From positions 25,298,001 to 25,362,000 of the forward strand of contig OZ249436.1 of the NCBI GenBank assembly GCA_965235115.1: a DNA stretch of 64,000 bases, written 5' to 3'. This document shows positions 41,101 through 55,000 of the stretch, piece by piece; within the stretch, counting starts at the first letter, position 1; every line of letters starts with the position of its first letter. The notes beneath the pieces are model-generated. The model searched no databases. It was not told where the DNA came from and worked only from the letters and a program-made list of their open reading frames with translations. The DNA is from Laetmonice hystrix. Lineage: Eukaryota. A program made the translations under genes and the position numbers.

Positions 41101-44100
41101 GAAAACTAGAATATAGCTTTGCTTAATACCATTATACCATCAACTCGCATTACAGGCCTAATGCGAAGCTCCCAGCCTAAAACGAGTTTCCAATTAATTT
41201 AAAGTTAACAAGATGCACTAATAATCGATTCCAAGCCTAATTAGGCCATTGCTAGTTGGAAAACCAAATCTCATACAAAATACACCCTCCCGGCAGATGA
41301 CCTGAGAATATTCAACTCTTATGTCCGATATATCCCTGTCCGCTTAGTAGCACCCAGCCGGGCCCCCATTTTGACATTGCAACACCAATACAGCAAGTGC
41401 CCAGCTAACAGCACAAATAACAGGATTCAGGGCTTCCTACCACGTTACAAGTCACAATAGATTGCTGCCTGTCGTAAAAATATACCAGACCATTTTAAAA
41501 AGTCACAGAACCCCAATCCGGCCCTAATATGTCACTCCCAGTACCAATACACTCTGTAAGCACCATCAACTGAAATTCAATCCTAGAACCCACCTCTCTC
41601 TACCAATATCATGCACCTAGTCCGTATACGAGGTTGTAATTTCCTTTAATCAACGGGCTGCGCCGCAGCAACCCACTCTGGTCTTTGCAATCTTTTTCAA
41701 TATGCGTTAACATTTGTGACCAGCTCAACGCGCCTTGTAAAATTTTTCAAAGTGCGTAAAAGTGTGTGTCCACCCCGACACGCTTTCCAAACCACTATAC
41801 CCACCGAGCGACATCCACTCAAATACAGGCTTCGACCGATCCTCACTGTGCCAATAATCCGCCACAAGGCAAATTCAGTCAATGCAAGCTGGAAAATCGA
41901 ATGTCAAACCTAATGCTCCCCCCCCCCAGCACGTTAACTGAAAATAATCAACTAGCTTGAAAACTAGAATATAGCTTTGTTTAGCTAACAATCTACTCTC
42001 CCAGCGCCATCAACTCGCATACAGGCGTAAAAGCAAACGCACTGCCCCATATAATGCTCCCAGCCTAAAACGATGTTGCAATTAATTTAAAATTAACAAG
42101 ATGCACTAGTAATCCGATCCAAGCCTAATTACGTCATTGCTAGTTTCATAACCAAATCTCACAGAAAATACCCCACCCGCGCACATAACCTGAAAATATT
42201 CAACTTTTATCTCCAATGTATCCCTGTGCACCTAGTAGCACCCAAGCGGGCCCAATTTTGACATTCCAACACAAATACCGCAAATACCCGCCTAATGGCA
42301 CAAAAAACTTTCTACCCCGTTGCAAGTCACATTAGCTTGCTGCTTGTCGTAAAAAATGGTGCAGACCATTTCTAAAGTCACAGTACCCCACTCCCGGCCT
42401 AATATTACGTTTCAGTATCCATATACGCTGCAAGCGGCAAGAACTCGAATACAGGCCTAAAAGTAACCCCAGTCTAGCAATATCATACTCTCATGCCATA
42501 TACGAGCTTGTAATTATCTTTAATTAATGGGCTCCGCAGCACCAACCCACTGCATTAACATTTGTTTAACAGCTTAACGCACCTTGTAAAAAATTTTCAA
42601 GTGCGTAAAAATGCGTGTCCACCTCCACATACTTTAAAAATCACTATACCCACCCAGCGACATTCACTCTAATACACGCCTAAGAGGAACTTCACTGTCC
42701 CATTTGATTCTCCAGCACGTATAGGATGTTTCAAGTAACATTCATCCACGGTCTGGCCCAATAACGTGCAACAAGGCATAGTAAGTCAATGCGAGCTCGC
42801 ATGTCAAACCTAACCCGCCCCCCAGCACATGAGCTGAAAATATTCAAATAGCTTGAAAACTAGAATATAGCTTTGCTTAATACCATTATACCATCAACTC
42901 GCATTACAGGCCTAATGCGAAGCTCCCAGCCTAAAACGAGTTTCCAATTAATTTAAAGTTAACAAGATGCACTAATAATCGATTCCAAGCCTAATTAGGC
43001 CATTGCTAGTTGGATAACCAAATCTCATACAAAATACACCCTCCCGGCAGATGACCTGAGAATATTCAACTCTTATGTCCGATATATCCCTGTCCGCTTA
43101 GTAGCACCCAGCCGGGCCCCCATTTTTACATTGCAACACCAATACAGCAAGTGCCCAGCTAACAGCACAAATAACAGGATTCAGGGCTTCCTACCACGTT
43201 ACAAGTCACAATAGATTGCTGCCTGTCGTAAAAATATACCAGACCATTTTAAAAAGTCACAGAACCCTAATCCGGCCCTAATATGTCACTCCCAGTACCA
43301 ATACACTCTGGAAGCACCATTAACCGAAATTCAGGCCTAGAACCAAACCTCTCTCTACCAATATCATGCACCTAGTCCGTATACGAGGTTGTAATTTACT
43401 TTAATCAACGGGCTGCGCCGCAGCAACCCACTCTGGACTTTGCAATCTTTTTCAATATGCGTTAACATTTGTGACCAGCTCAACGCGCCTTGTAAAATTT
43501 TTCAAAGTGCGTAAAAGTGTGTGTCCACCCCGACACGCTTTCCAAACCACTATACCCACCGAGCGACATCCACTCAAATACAGGCTTCGACCGATCCTCA
43601 CTGTGCCAATAATCCGCCACAAGGCAAATTCAGTCAATGCAAGCTGGAAAATCGAATGTCAAACCTAATGCTCCCCCCCCCAGCACGTTAACTGAAAATA
43701 ATCAACTAGCTTGAAAACTAGAATATAGCTTTGTTTAGCTAACAATCTACTCTCCCAGCGCCATCAACTCGCATACAGGCGTAAAAGCAAACGCACTGCC
43801 CCATATAATGCTCCCAGCCTAAAACGATGTTGCAATTAATTTAAAATTAACAAGATGCACTAGTAATCCGATCCAAGCCTAATTACGTCATTGCTAGTTT
43901 CATAACCAAATCTCACAGAAAATACCCCACCCGCGCACATAACCTGAAAATATTCAACTTTTATCTCCAATGTATCCCTGTGCACCTAGTAGCACCCAAG
44001 CGGGCCCAATTTTGACATTCCAACACAAATACCGCAAATACCCGCCTAATGGCACAAAAAACTTTCTACCCCGTTGCAAGTCACATTAGCTTGCTGCTTG

Positions 44101-47100
44101 TCGTAAAAAATGGTGCAGACCATTTCTAAAGTCACAGTACCCCACTCCCGGCCTAATATTACGTTTCAGTATCCATATACGCTGCAAGCGGCAGGAACTC
44201 GAATACAGGCCTAAAAGTAACCCCAGTCTAGCAATATCATACTCTCATGCCATATACGAGCTTGTAATTATCTTTAATTAATGGGCTCCGCAGCACCAAC
44301 CCACTGCATTAACATTTGTTTAACAGCTTAACGCACCTTGTAAAAAATTTTCAAGTGCGTAAAAATGCGTGTCCACCTCCACATACTTTAAAAATCACTA
44401 TACCCACCCAGCGACATTCACTCTAATACACGCCTAAGAGGAACTTCACTGTCCCATTTGATTCTCCAGCACGTATAGGATGTTTCAAGTAACATTCATC
44501 CACGGTCTGGCCCAATAACGTGCAACAAGGCATAGTAAGTCAATGCGAGCTCGCATGTCAAACCTAACCCGCCCCCCCAGCACATGAGCTGAAAATATTC
44601 AAATAGCTTGAAAACTAGAATATAGCTTTGCTTAATACCATTATACCATCAACTCGCATTACAGGCCTAATGCGAAGCTCCCAGCCTAAAACGAGTTTCC
44701 AATTAATTTAAAGTTAACAAGATGCACTAATAATCGATTCCAAGCCTAATTAGGCCATTGCTAGTTGGAAAACCAAATCTCATACAAAATACACCCTCCC
44801 GGCAGATGACCTGAGAATATTCAACTCTTATGTCCGATATATCCCTGTCCGCTTTGTAGCACCCAGCCGGGCCCCCATTTTGACATTGCAACACCAATAC
44901 AGCAAGTGCCCAGCTAACAGCACAAATAACAGGATTCAGGGCTTCCTACCACGTTACAAGTCACAATAGATTGCTGCCTGTCGTAAAAATATACCAGACC
45001 ATTTTAAAAAGTCACAGAACCCCAATCCGGCCCTAATATGTCACTCCCAGTACCAATACACTCTGTAAGCACCATCAACTGAAATTCAATCCTAGAACCC
45101 ACCTCTCTCTACCAATATCATGCACCTAGTCCGTATACGAGGTTGTAATTTCCTTTAATCAACGGGCTGCGCCGCAGCAACCCACTCTGGTCTTTGCAAT
45201 CTTTTTCAATATGCGTTAACATTTGTGACCAGCTCAACGCGCCTTGTAAAATTTTTCAAAGTGCGTAAAAGTGTGTGTCCACCCCGACACGCTTTCCAAA
45301 CCACTATACCCACCGAGCGACATCCACTCAAATACAGGCTTCGACCGATCCTCACTGTGCCAATAATCCGCCACAAGGCAAATTCAGTCAATGCAAGCTG
45401 GAAAATCGAATGTCAAACCTAATGCTCCCCCCCCCAGCACGTTAACTGAAAATAATCAACTAGCTTGAAAACTAGAATATAGCTTTGTTTAGCTAACAAT
45501 CTACTCTCCCAGCGCCATCAACTCGCATACAGGCGTAAAAGCAAACGCACTGCCCCATATAATGCTCCCAGCCTAAAACGATGTTGCAATTAATTTAAAA
45601 TTAACAAGATGCACTAGTAATCCGATCCAAGCCTAATTACGTCATTGCTAGTTTCATAACCAAATCTCACAGAAAATACCCCACCCGCGCACATAACCTG
45701 AAAATATTCAACTTTTATCTCCAATGTATCCCTGTGCACCTAGTAGCACCCAAGCGGGCCCAATTTTGACATTCCAACACAAATACCGCAAATACCCGCC
45801 TAATGGCACAAACAACTTTCTACCCCGTTGCAAGTCACATTAGCTTGCTGCTTGTCGTAAAAAATGGTGCAGACCATTTCTAAAGTCACAGTACCCCACT
45901 CCCGGCCTAATATTACGTTTCAGTGTCCATATACGCTGCAAGCGGCAAGAACTCGAATACAGGCCTAAAAGTAACCCCAGTCTAGCAATATCATACTCTC
46001 ATGCCATATACGAGCTTGTAATTATCTTTAATTAATGGGCTCCGCAGCACCAACCCACTGCATTAACATTTGTTTAACAGCTTAACGCACCTTGTAAAAA
46101 ATTTTCAAGTGCGTAAAAATGCGTGTCCACCTCCACATACTTTAAAAATCACTATACCCACCCAGCGACATTCACTCTAATACACGCCTAAGAGGAACTT
46201 CACTGTCCCATTTGATTCTCCAGCACGTATAGGATGTTTCAAGTAACATTCATCCACGGTCTGGCCCAATAACGTGCAACAAGGCATAGTAAGTCAATGC
46301 GAGCTCGCATGTCAAACCTAACCCGCCCCCCAGCACATGAGCTGAAAATATTCAAATAGCTTGAAAACTAGAATATAGCTTTGCTTAATACCATTATACC
46401 ATCAACTCGCATTACAGGCCTAATGCGAAGCTCCCAGCCTAAAACGAGTTTCCAATTAATTTAAAGTTAACAAGATGCACTAATAATCGATTCCAAGCCT
46501 AATTAGGCCATTGCTAGTTGGATAACCAAATCTCATACAAAATACACCCTCCCGGCAGATGACCTGAGAATATTCAACTCTTATGTCCGATATATCCCTG
46601 TCCGCTTAGTAGCACCCAGCCGGGCCCCCATTTTGACATTGCAACACCAATACAGCAAGTGCCCAGCTAACAGCACAAATAACAGGATTCAGGGCTTCCT
46701 ACCACGTTACAAGTCACAATAGATTGCTGCCTGTCGTAAAAATATACCAGACCATTTTAAAAAGTCACAGAACCCTAATCCGGCCCTAATATGTCACTCC
46801 CAGTACCAATACACTCTGGAAGCACCATCAACTGAAATTCAGGCCTAGAACCAAACCTCTCTCTACCAATATCATGCACCTAGTCCGTATACGAGGTTGT
46901 AATTTACTTTAATCAACGGGCTGCGCCGCAGCAACCCACTCTGGTCTTTGCAATCTTTTTCAATATGCGTTAACATTTGTAACCAGCTCAACGCGCCTTG
47001 TAAAATTTTTCAAAGTGCGTAAAAGTGTGTGTCCACCCCGACACGCTTTCCAAACCACTATACCCACCGAGCGACATCCACTCAAATACAGGCTTCGACC

Positions 47101-49000
47101 GATCCTCACTGTGCCAATAATCCGCCACAAGGCAAATTCAGTCAATGCAAGCTGGAAAATCGAATGTCAAACCTAATACTCCCCCCCCAGCACGTTAACT
47201 GAAAATAATCAACTAGCTTGAAAACTAGAATATAGCTTTGTTTAGCTAACAATCTACTCTCCCAGCGCCATCAACTCGCATACAGGCGTAAAAGCAAACG
47301 CACTGCCCCATATAATGCTCCCAGCCTAAAACGATGTTGCAATTAATTTAAAATTAACAAGATGCACTAGTAATCCGATCCAAGCCTAATTACGTCATTG
47401 CTAGTTTCATAACCAAATCTCACAGAAAATACCCCACCCGCGCACATAACCTGAAAATATTCAACTTTTATCTCCAATGTATCCCTGTGCACCTAGTAGC
47501 ACCCAAGCGGGCCCAATTTTGACATTCCAACACAAATACCGCAAATACCCGCCTAATGGCACAAAAAACTTTCTACCCCGTTGCAAGTCACATTAGCTTG
47601 CTGCTTGTCGTAAAAAATGGTGCAGACCATTTCTAAAGTCACAGTACCCCACTCCCGGCCTAATATTACGTTTCAGTATCCATATACGCTGCAAGCGGCA
47701 GGAACTCGAATACAGGCCTAAAAGTAACCCCAGTCTAGCAATATCATACTCTCATGCCATATACGAGCTTGTAATTATCTTTAATTAATGGGCTCCGCAG
47801 CACCAACCCACTGCATTAACATTTGTTTAACAGCTTAACGCACCTTGTAAAAAATTTTCAAGTGCGTAAAAATGCGTGTCCACCTCCACATACTTTAAAA
47901 ATCACTATACCCACCCAGCGACATTCACTCTAATACACGCCTAAGAGGAACTTCACTGTCCCATTTGATTCTCCAGCACGTATAGGATGTTTCAAGTAAC
48001 ATTCATCCACGGTCTGGCCCAATAACGTGCAACAAGGCATAGTAAGTCAATGCGAGCTCGCATGTCAAACCTAACCCGCCCCCCAGCACATGAGCTGAAA
48101 ATATTCAAATAGCTTGAAAACTAGAATATAGCTTTGCTTAATACCATTATACCATCAACTCGCATTACAGGCCTAATGCGAAGCTCCCAGCCTAAAACGA
48201 GTTTCCAATTAATTTAAAGTTAACAAGATGCACTAATAATCGATTCCAAGCCTAATTAGGCCATTGCTAGTTGGATAACCAAATCTCATACAAAATACAC
48301 CCTCCCGGCAGATGACCTGAGAATATTCAACTCTTATGTCCGATATATCCCTGTCCGCTTAGTAGCACCCAGCCGGGCCCCCATTTTGACATTGCAACAC
48401 CAATACAGCAAGTGCCCAGCTAACAGCACAAATAACAGGATTCAGGGCTTCCTACCACGTTACAAGTCACAATAGATTGCTGCCTGTCGTAAAAATATAC
48501 CAGACCATTTTAAAAAGTCACAGAACCCTAATCCGGCCCTAATATGTCACTCCCAGTACCAATACACTCTGGAAGCACCATCAACTGAAATTCAGGCCTA
48601 GAACCAAACCTCTCTCTACCAATATCATGCACCTAGTCCGTATACGAGGTTGTAATTTACTTTAATCAACGGGCTGCGCCGCAGCAACCCACTCTGGTCT
48701 TTGCAATCTTTTTCAATATGCGTTAACATTTGTAACCAGCTCAACGCGCCTTGTAAAATTTTTCAAAGTGCGTAAAAGTGTGTGTCCACCCCGACACGCT
48801 TTCCAAACCACTATACCCACCGAGCGACATCCACTCAAATACAGGCTTCGACCGATCCTCACTGTGCCAATAATCCGCCACAAGGCAAATTCAGTCAATG
48901 CAAGCTGGAAAATCGAATGTCAAACCTAATACTCCCCCCCCAGCACGTTAACTGAAAATAATCAACTAGCTTGAAAACTAGAATATAGCTTTGTTTAGCT
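32141..49000. repeat. Tandem duplication of a 5-monomer block (period 8,770 bp; boundaries approximate)
   Basis: Markers recur at +8,770: TTCTCTCTAAT at 32141/40911, CATTTTTACA at 34351/43121 and CACAAACAAC at about 37041/45811. Confidence 0.88.
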
Positions 49001-52000
49001 AACAATCTACTCTCCCAGCGCCATCAACTCGCATACAGGCGTAAAAGCAAACGCACTGCCCCATATAATGCTCCCAGCCTAAAACGATGTTGCAATTAAT
49101 TTAAAATTAACAAGATGCACTAGTAATCCGATCCAAGCCTAATTACGTCATTGCTAGTTTCATAACCAAATCTCACAGAAAATACCCCACCCGCGCACAT
49201 AACCTGAAAATATTCAACTTTTATCTCCAATGTATCCCTGTGCACCTAGTAGCACCCAAGCGGGCCCAATTTTGACATTCCAACACAAATACCGCAAATA
49301 CCCGCCTAATGGCACAAAAAACTTTCTACCCCGTTGCAAGTCACATTAGCTTGCTGCTTGTCGTAAAAAATGGTGCAGACCATTTCTAAAGTCACAGTAC
49401 CCCACTCCCGGCCTAATATTACGTTTCAGTATCCATATACGCTGCAAGCGGCAGGAACTCGAATACAGGCCTAAAAGTAACCCCAGTCTAGCAATATCAT
49501 ACTCTCATGCCATATACGAGCTTGTAATTATCTTTAATTAATGGGCTCCGCAGCACCAACCCACTGCATTAACATTTGTTTAACAGCTTAACGCACCTTG
49601 TAAAAAATTTTCAAGTGCGTAAAAATGCGTGTCCACCTCCACATACTTTAAAAATCACTATACCCACCCAGCGACATTCACTCTAATACACGCCTAAGAG
49701 GAACTTCACTGTCCCATTTGATTCTCCAGCACGTATAGGATGTTTCAAGTAACATTCATCCACGGTCTGGCCCAATAACGTGCAACAAGGCATAGTAAGT
49801 CAATGCGAGCTCGCATGTCAAACCTAACCCGCCCCCCAGCACATGAGCTGAAAATATTCAAATAGCTTGAAAACTAGAATATAGCTTTGCTTAATACCAT
49901 TATACCATCAACTCGCATTACAGGCCTAATGCGAAGCTCCCAGCCTAAAACGAGTTTCCAATTAATTTAAAGTTAACAAGATGCACTAATAATCGATTCC
50001 AAGCCTAATTAGGCCATTGCTAGTTGGATAACCAAATCTCATACAAAATACACCCTCCCGGCAGATGACCTGAGAATATTCAACTCTTATGTCCGATATA
50101 TCCCTGTCCGCTTAGTAGCACCCAGCCGGGCCCCCATTTTGACATTGCAACACCAATACAGCAAGTGCCCAGCTAACAGCACAAATAACAGGATTCAGGG
50201 CTTCCTACCACGTTACAAGTCACAATAGATTGCTGCCTGTCGTAAAAATATACCAGACCATTTTAAAAAGTCACAGAACCCTAATCCGGCCCTAATATGT
50301 CACTCCCAGTACCAATACACTCTGGAAGCACCATTAACCGAAATTCAGGCCTAGAACCAAACCTCTCTCTACCAATATCATGCACCTAGTCCGTATACGA
50401 GGTTGTAATTTACTTTAATCAACGGGCTGCGCCGCAGCAACCCACTCTGGACTTTGCAATCTTTTTCAATATGCGTTAACATTTGTGACCAGCTCAACGC
50501 GCCTTGTAAAATTTTTCAAAGTGCGTAAAAGTGTGTGTCCACCCCGACACGCTTTCCAAACCACTATACCCACCGAGCGACATCCACTCAAATACAGGCT
50601 TCGACCGATCCTCACTGTGCCAATAATCCGCCACAAGGCAAATTCAGTCAATGCAAGCTGGAAAATCGAATGTCAAACCTAATGCTCCCCCCCCCCCAGC
50701 ACGTTAACTGAAAATAATCAACTAGCTTGAAAACTAGAATATAGCTTTGTTTAGCTAACAATCTACTCTCCCAGCGCCATCAACTCGCATACAGGCGTAA
50801 AAGCAAACGCACTGCCCCATATAATGCTCCCAGCCTAAAACGATGTTGCAATTAATTTAAAATTAACAAGATGCACTAGTAATCCGATCCAAGCCTAATT
50901 ACGTCATTGCTAGTTTCATAACCAAATCTCACAGAAAATACCCCACCCGCGCACATAACCTGAAAATATTCAACTTTTATCTCCAATGTATCCCTGTGCA
51001 CCTAGTAGCACCCAAGCGGGCCCAATTTTGACATTCCAACACAAATACCGCAAATACCCGCCTAATGGCACAAAAAACTTTCTACCCCGTTGCAAGTCAC
51101 ATTAGCTTGCTGCTTGTCGTAAAAAATTGTGCAGACCATTTCTAAAGTCACAGTACCCCACTCCCGGCCTAATATTACGTTTCAGTATCCATATACGCTG
51201 CAAGCGGCAGGAACTCGAATACAGGCCTAAAAGTAACCCCAGTCTAGCAATATCATACTCTCATGCCATATACGAGCTTGTAATTATCTTTAATTAATGG
51301 GCTCCGCAGCACCAACCCACTGCATTAACATTTGTTTAACAGCTTAACGCACCTTGTAAAAAATTTTCAAGTGCGTAAAAATGCGTGTCCACCTCCACAT
51401 ACTTTAAAAATCACTATACCCACCCAGCGACATTCACTCTAATACACGCCTAAGAGGAACTTCACTGTCCCATTTGATTCTCCAGCACGTATAGGATGTT
51501 TCAAGTAACATTCATCCACGGTCTGGCCCAATAACGTGCAACAAGGCATAGTAAGTCAATGCGAGCTCGCATGTCAAACCTAACCCGCCCCCCCAGCACA
51601 TGAGCTGAAAATATTCAAATAGCTTGAAAACTAGAATATAGCTTTGCTTAATACCATTATACCATCAACTCGCATTACAGGCCTAATGCGAAGCTCCCAG
51701 CCTAAAACGAGTTTCCAATTAATTTAAAGTTAACAAGATGCACTAATAATCGATTCCAAGCCTAATTAGGCCATTGCTAGTTGGAAAACCAAATCTCATA
51801 CAAAATACACCCTCCCGGCAGATGACCTGAGAATATTCAACTCTTATGTCCGATATATCCCTGTCCGCTTTGTAGCACCCAGCCGGGCCCCCATTTTGAC
51901 ATTGCAACACCAATACAGCAAGTGCCCAGCTAACAGCACAAATAACAGGATTCAGGGCTTCCTACCACGTTACAAGTCACAATAGATTGCTGCCTGTCGT

Positions 52001-55000
52001 AAAAATATACCAGACCATTTTAAAAAGTCACAGAACCCCAATCCGGCCCTAATATGTCACTCCCAGTACCAATACACTCTGTAAGCACCATCAACTGAAA
52101 TTCAATCCTAGAACCCACCTCTCTCTACCAATATCATGCACCTAGTCCGTATACGAGGTTGTAATTTCCTTTAATCAACGGGCTGCGCCGCAGCAACCCA
52201 CTCTGGTCTTTGCAATCTTTTTCAATATGCGTTAACATTTGTGACCAGCTCAACGCGCCTTGTAAAATTTTTCAAAGTGCGTAAAAGTGTGTGTCCACCC
52301 CGACACGCTTTCCAAACCACTATACCCACCGAGCGACATCCACTCAAATACAGGCTTCGACCGATCCTCACTGTGCCAATAATCCGCCACAAGGCAAATT
52401 CAGTCAATGCAAGCTGGAAAATCGAATGTCAAACCTAATGCTCCCCCCCCCCAGCACGTTAACTGAAAATAATCAACTAGCTTGAAAACTAGAATATAGC
52501 TTTGTTTAGCTAACAATCTACTCTCCCAGCGCCATCAACTCGCATACAGGCGTAAAAGCAAACGCACTGCCCCATATAATGCTCCCAGCCTAAAACGATG
52601 TTGCAATTAATTTAAAATTAACAAGATGCACTAGTAATCCGATCCAAGCCTAATTACGTCATTGCTAGTTTCATAACCAAATCTCACAGAAAATACCCCA
52701 CCCGCGCACATAACCTGAAAATATTCAACTTTTATCTCCAATGTATCCCTGTGCACCTAGTAGCACCCAAGCGGGCCCAATTTTGACATTCCAACACAAA
52801 TACCGCAAATACCCGCCTAATGGCACAAAAAACTTTCTACCCCGTTGCAAGTCACATTAGCTTGCTGCTTGTCGTAAAAAATGGTGCAGACCATTTCTAA
52901 AGTCACAGTACCCCACTCCCGGCCTAATATTACGTTTCAGTATCCATATACGCTGCAAGCGGCAAGAACTCGAATACAGGCCTAAAAGTAACCCCAGTCT
53001 AGCAATATCATACTCTCATGCCATATACGAGCTTGTAATTATCTTTAATTAATGGGCTCCGCAGCACCAACCCACTGCATTAACATTTGTTTAACAGCTT
53101 AACGCACCTTGTAAAAAATTTTCAAGTGCGTAAAAATGCGTGTCCACCTCCACATACTTTAAAAATCACTATACCCACCCAGCGACATTCACTCTAATAC
53201 ACGCCTAAGAGGAACTTCACTGTCCCATTTGATTCTCCAGCACGTATAGGATGTTTCAAGTAACATTCATCCACGGTCTGGCCCAATAACGTGCAACAAG
53301 GCATAGTAAGTCAATGCGAGCTCGCATGTCAAACCTAACCCGCCCCCCAGCACATGAGCTGAAAATATTCAAATAGCTTGAAAACTAGAATATAGCTTTG
53401 CTTAATACCATTATACCATCAACTCGCATTACAGGCCTAATGCGAAGCTCCCAGCCTAAAACGAGTTTCCAATTAATTTAAAGTTAACAAGATGCACTAA
53501 TAATCGATTCCAAGCCTAATTAGGCCATTGCTAGTTGGATAACCAAATCTCATACAAAATACACCCTCCCGGCAGATGACCTGAGAATATTCAACTCTTA
53601 TGTCCGATATATCCCTGTCCGCTTAGTAGCACCCAGCCGGGCCCCCATTTTGACATTGCAACACCAATACAGCAAGTGCCCAGCTAACAGCACAAATAAC
53701 AGGATTCAGGGCTTCCTACCACGTTACAAGTCACAATAGATTGCTGCCTGTCGTAAAAATATACCAGACCATTTTAAAAAGTCACAGAACCCTAATCCGG
53801 CCCTAATATGTCACTCCCAGTACCAATACACTCTGGAAGCACCATCAACTGAAATTCAGGCCTAGAACCAAACCTCTCTCTACCAATATCATGCACCTAG
53901 TCCGTATACGAGGTTGTAATTTACTTTAATCAACGGGCTGCGCCGCAGCAACCCACTCTGGTCTTTGCAATCTTTTTCAATATGCGTTAACATTTGTAAC
54001 CAGCTCAACGCGCCTTGTAAAATTTTTCAAAGTGCGTAAAAGTGTGTGTCCACCCCGACACGCTTTCCAAACCACTATACCCACCGAGCGACATCCACTC
54101 AAATACAGGCTTCGACCGATCCTCACTGTGCCAATAATCCGCCACAAGGCAAATTCAGTCAATGCAAGCTGGAAAATCGAATGTCAAACCTAATACTCCC
54201 CCCCCAGCACGTTAACTGAAAATAATCAACTAGCTTGAAAACTAGAATATAGCTTTGTTTAGCTAACAATCTACTCTCCCAGCGCCATCAACTCGCATAC
54301 AGGCGTAAAAGCAAACGCACTGCCCCATATAATGCTCCCAGCCTAAAACGATGTTGCAATTAATTTAAAATTAACAAGATGCACTAGTAATCCGATCCAA
54401 GCCTAATTACGTCATTGCTAGTTTCATAACCAAATCTCACAGAAAATACCCCACCCGCGCACATAACCTGAAAATATTCAACTTTTATCTCCAATGTATC
54501 CCTGTGCACCTAGTAGCACCCAAGCGGGCCCAATTTTGACATTCCAACACAAATACCGCAAATACCCGCCTAATGGCACAAAAAACTTTCTACCCCGTTG
54601 CAAGTCACATTAGCTTGCTGCTTGTCGTAAAAAATGGTGCAGACCATTTCTAAAGTCACAGTACCCCACTCCCGGCCTAATATTACGTTTCAGTATCCAT
54701 ATACGCTGCAAGCGGCAGGAACTCGAATACAGGCCTAAAAGTAACCCCAGTCTAGCAATATCATACTCTCATGCCATATACGAGCTTGTAATTATCTTTA
54801 ATTAATGGGCTCCGCAGCACCAACCCACTGCATTAACATTTGTTTAACAGCTTAACGCACCTTGTAAAAAATTTTCAAGTGCGTAAAAATGCGTGTCCAC
54901 CTCCACATACTTTAAAAATCACTATACCCACCCAGCGACATTCACTCTAATACACGCCTAAGAGGAACTTCACTGTCCCATTTGATTCTCCAGCACGTAT

